DNA of 45,168 nt from Thermodesulfobacteriota bacterium (GTDB taxonomy: Bacteria > Desulfobacterota > BSN033 > UBA1163): the NCBI GenBank assembly GCA_041082155.1, contig JBDOIB010000407.1:1-45168 (forward strand), in the 5' to 3' direction. This document shows, piece by piece, positions 43,977 through 45,168 of this stretch (the first letter of the stretch is position 1; the number at the start of each line of letters is the position of its first letter). The notes beneath the pieces were generated by a model. It was not told the origin of the DNA. It saw only the letters and a program-made list of their open reading frames with translations, and searched no databases. Both the position numbers and the translations under genes were made by a program.

Positions 43977-45168
43977 TCAATCTTTCCTCTTACTTCCTTT
44001 TAGAAGTCCGATGGTGAGAGAGGCCAAAATACAGGACAATGCAGCCAAGGCAAATGACCATCGAAAAGTGCCGCTTCTATCGGCTATTCTTCCGGCGATG
44101 ATCGGTCCCAGAATGGCTCCGATGCCATAAAAAAAGGTTAAAAGTCCTATGACTGACCCCACCACCTCTTTGGGGAAATAGTCCCGGGCACAGGCTCCAT
44201 ACATTGGCCAGATAGGGCTATAGAAAAAACCAAAGAATCCTATGAGGATGTGTAGCCACAAGATTTTTCCTCCTGTAAAAATGATCGATAGGATACTTAA
44301 AGCCAAAAAAGAATGGAGGATGAGAAGAGAGTTTTTTCTGCCTAAATAATCGGAAAGGGTCATCCAAGACATCCCTCCAACAATTCCAGTCAAGGCGAGA
44401 ATCGTGATGAATCGGGAAGAAAGGGCATAGGGGAGTTTTAATTCCATCACTCCATAGGAGACAATTAGATCGGTAAGGATATAGGCCCCGAAGGAAATCA
44501 GTAGATAAGACAGTCCGATTAGCCAGAACGCCCTTTGTCTAAAGATTTCATGATATTGAAGCGGGGAAGCAGTAAAAGCAGATTCACTTCTGGCCGAGGT
44601 CTCTCCCCAAGGAGTCAACCCCATCTCTTCAGGATCATTTCTAAGAAGAAAACTATTTAATAAAACTAAGACGACACACGAGAGACCCAAAAGAGTCCAC
44701 CCCATTCTCCAGTCGTAGATGGAGACAATGAAAGGAAGGATGATTCCCATGAGGCCATACCCTAAGGCGTAGCTCGGAGAGAGGATACCCAGGGCTAAGC
44801 CTCGCTTTTTCATCCCAAACCATTTCTGGATCATTCCTACAACAGGAGTCCACATGGCCGAGGATCCTATACCCACTATGGCGTGAAAGAGAATGGCCAT
44901 GGAAAGAGTCGAGACCTTTCCCATCAAAAAAGTTCCTACTCCTAAAACAAGGGAAAAGAAGCTGATCACCCAGCGGGGGCCTATCCGGTCACTCAAGTAC
45001 CCCATGAAGGGGGAACAAATAATATAAGCCATAAAATAGGATCCCCGGATCATTCCGGCTTGGGTTAAATTGATATTTAGGTCTCTGATCATTTTGGGAA
45101 GGAGGATAGAGTAGGCCCCGATGCGAATGCTGTAATTCATGAAGAGGGTGATAAAACTTACACCCAGA
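43977..45168 (-). CDS. MFS transporter (N-terminus runs off the window end)
   Basis: About 12-TM pattern and a GYLSDRIGPRW MFS loop motif. The frame stays open upstream of the track's ATG at 45140 to base 45168 (..LGVSFITLFMNY..), so the gene is probably 5'-truncated by the window. Confidence 0.85.
   Translation of the reverse strand, partial: LGVSFITLFMNYSIRIGAYSILLPKMIRDLNINLTQAGMIRGSYFMAYIICSPFMGYLSDRIGPRWVISFFSLVLGVGTFLMGKVSTLSMAILFHAIVGIGSSAMWTPVVGMIQKWFGMKKRGLALGILSPSYALGYGLMGIILPFIVSIYDWRMGWTLLGLSCVVLVLLNSFLLRNDPEEMGLTPWGETSARSESAFTASPLQYHEIFRQRAFWLIGLSYLLISFGAYILTDLIVSYGVMELKLPYALSSRFITILALTGIVGGMSWMTLSDYLGRKNSLLILHSFLALSILSIIFTGGKILWLHILIGFFGFFYSPIWPMYGACARDYFPKEVVGSVIGLLTFFYGIGAILGPIIAGRIADRSGTFRWSFALAALSCILASLTIGLLKGSKRKD

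Noticed and set aside
1-45168. Search for CRISPR arrays, tRNA/rRNA genes, transposases, integrases, toxin-antitoxin pairs or known defence-system hallmarks
   Set aside because: No spaced direct-repeat arrays, no GC-rich cloverleaf-like intergenic segments and no recombinase or transposase-like ORFs were seen. All intergenic regions longer than 150 bp are AT-rich promoter-type DNA. The window looks like core chromosome rather than a mobile or defence island.

Overview
This is a 45.2-kb chromosomal window from a moderately low-GC bacterium. Gene content suggests an anaerobic lifestyle (sigma54 regulators, multihaem cytochromes, many Fe-S and radical-SAM proteins), but the taxon cannot be determined from sequence alone. 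I support about 45 protein genes. By eye I saw no rRNA, tRNA, CRISPR array, transposase or integrase. All work was manual reading of the sequence and the ORF track, and the coordinates of small motifs were hand-counted.

Layout:
- 1-1738 (-): a YeeE/TusA/DUF3343 sulfur or selenium carrier operon.
- 2162-3843 (+): a stand-alone 4-hydroxybutyryl-CoA dehydratase homologue plus a ferredoxin.
- 3939-8289: three radical-SAM genes. One lies behind a well-spaced sigma54 promoter. Two are divergent and both carry Tat-like N-termini. A small zinc-ribbon gene follows.
- 8291-16114 (-): a tightly packed string of sensor kinase, sigma54 response regulator, LtaS/sulfatase-like membrane transferase, NifU/IscU-like scaffold and two overlapping PAC2-family paralogues.
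- 16259-21016 (+): an envelope/sugar-nucleotide-type cluster (LpxL-like, GmhA, an unknown protein, a Cys-rich miniprotein, GalT-like, Ppx/GppA).
- 21201-35057 (+): a housekeeping block (ftsH-folP-glmM-pdxJ-acpS-nnr ... tsaE-lysC-cimA-comEA-pfk). A eukaryote/archaeal-type eRF1-like gene and a bifunctional nuclease are wedged between nnr and tsaE.
- 35110-39325 (-): a multi-GAF hybrid kinase and an M48/TPR protease.
- 39598-45168 (-): MFS transporter, sigma54 response regulator, small membrane protein, sigma54 promoter, 11-haem cytochrome c, cytochrome b, small basic ORF, terminator.

The most interesting candidates are the sigma54-driven CbcBA-like cytochrome module, the eRF1-like protein (GGQ changed to GGW) paired with a nuclease, the Tat-signal radical-SAM pair, and the overlapping PAC2 paralogues. 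None can be called a new system without database searches.
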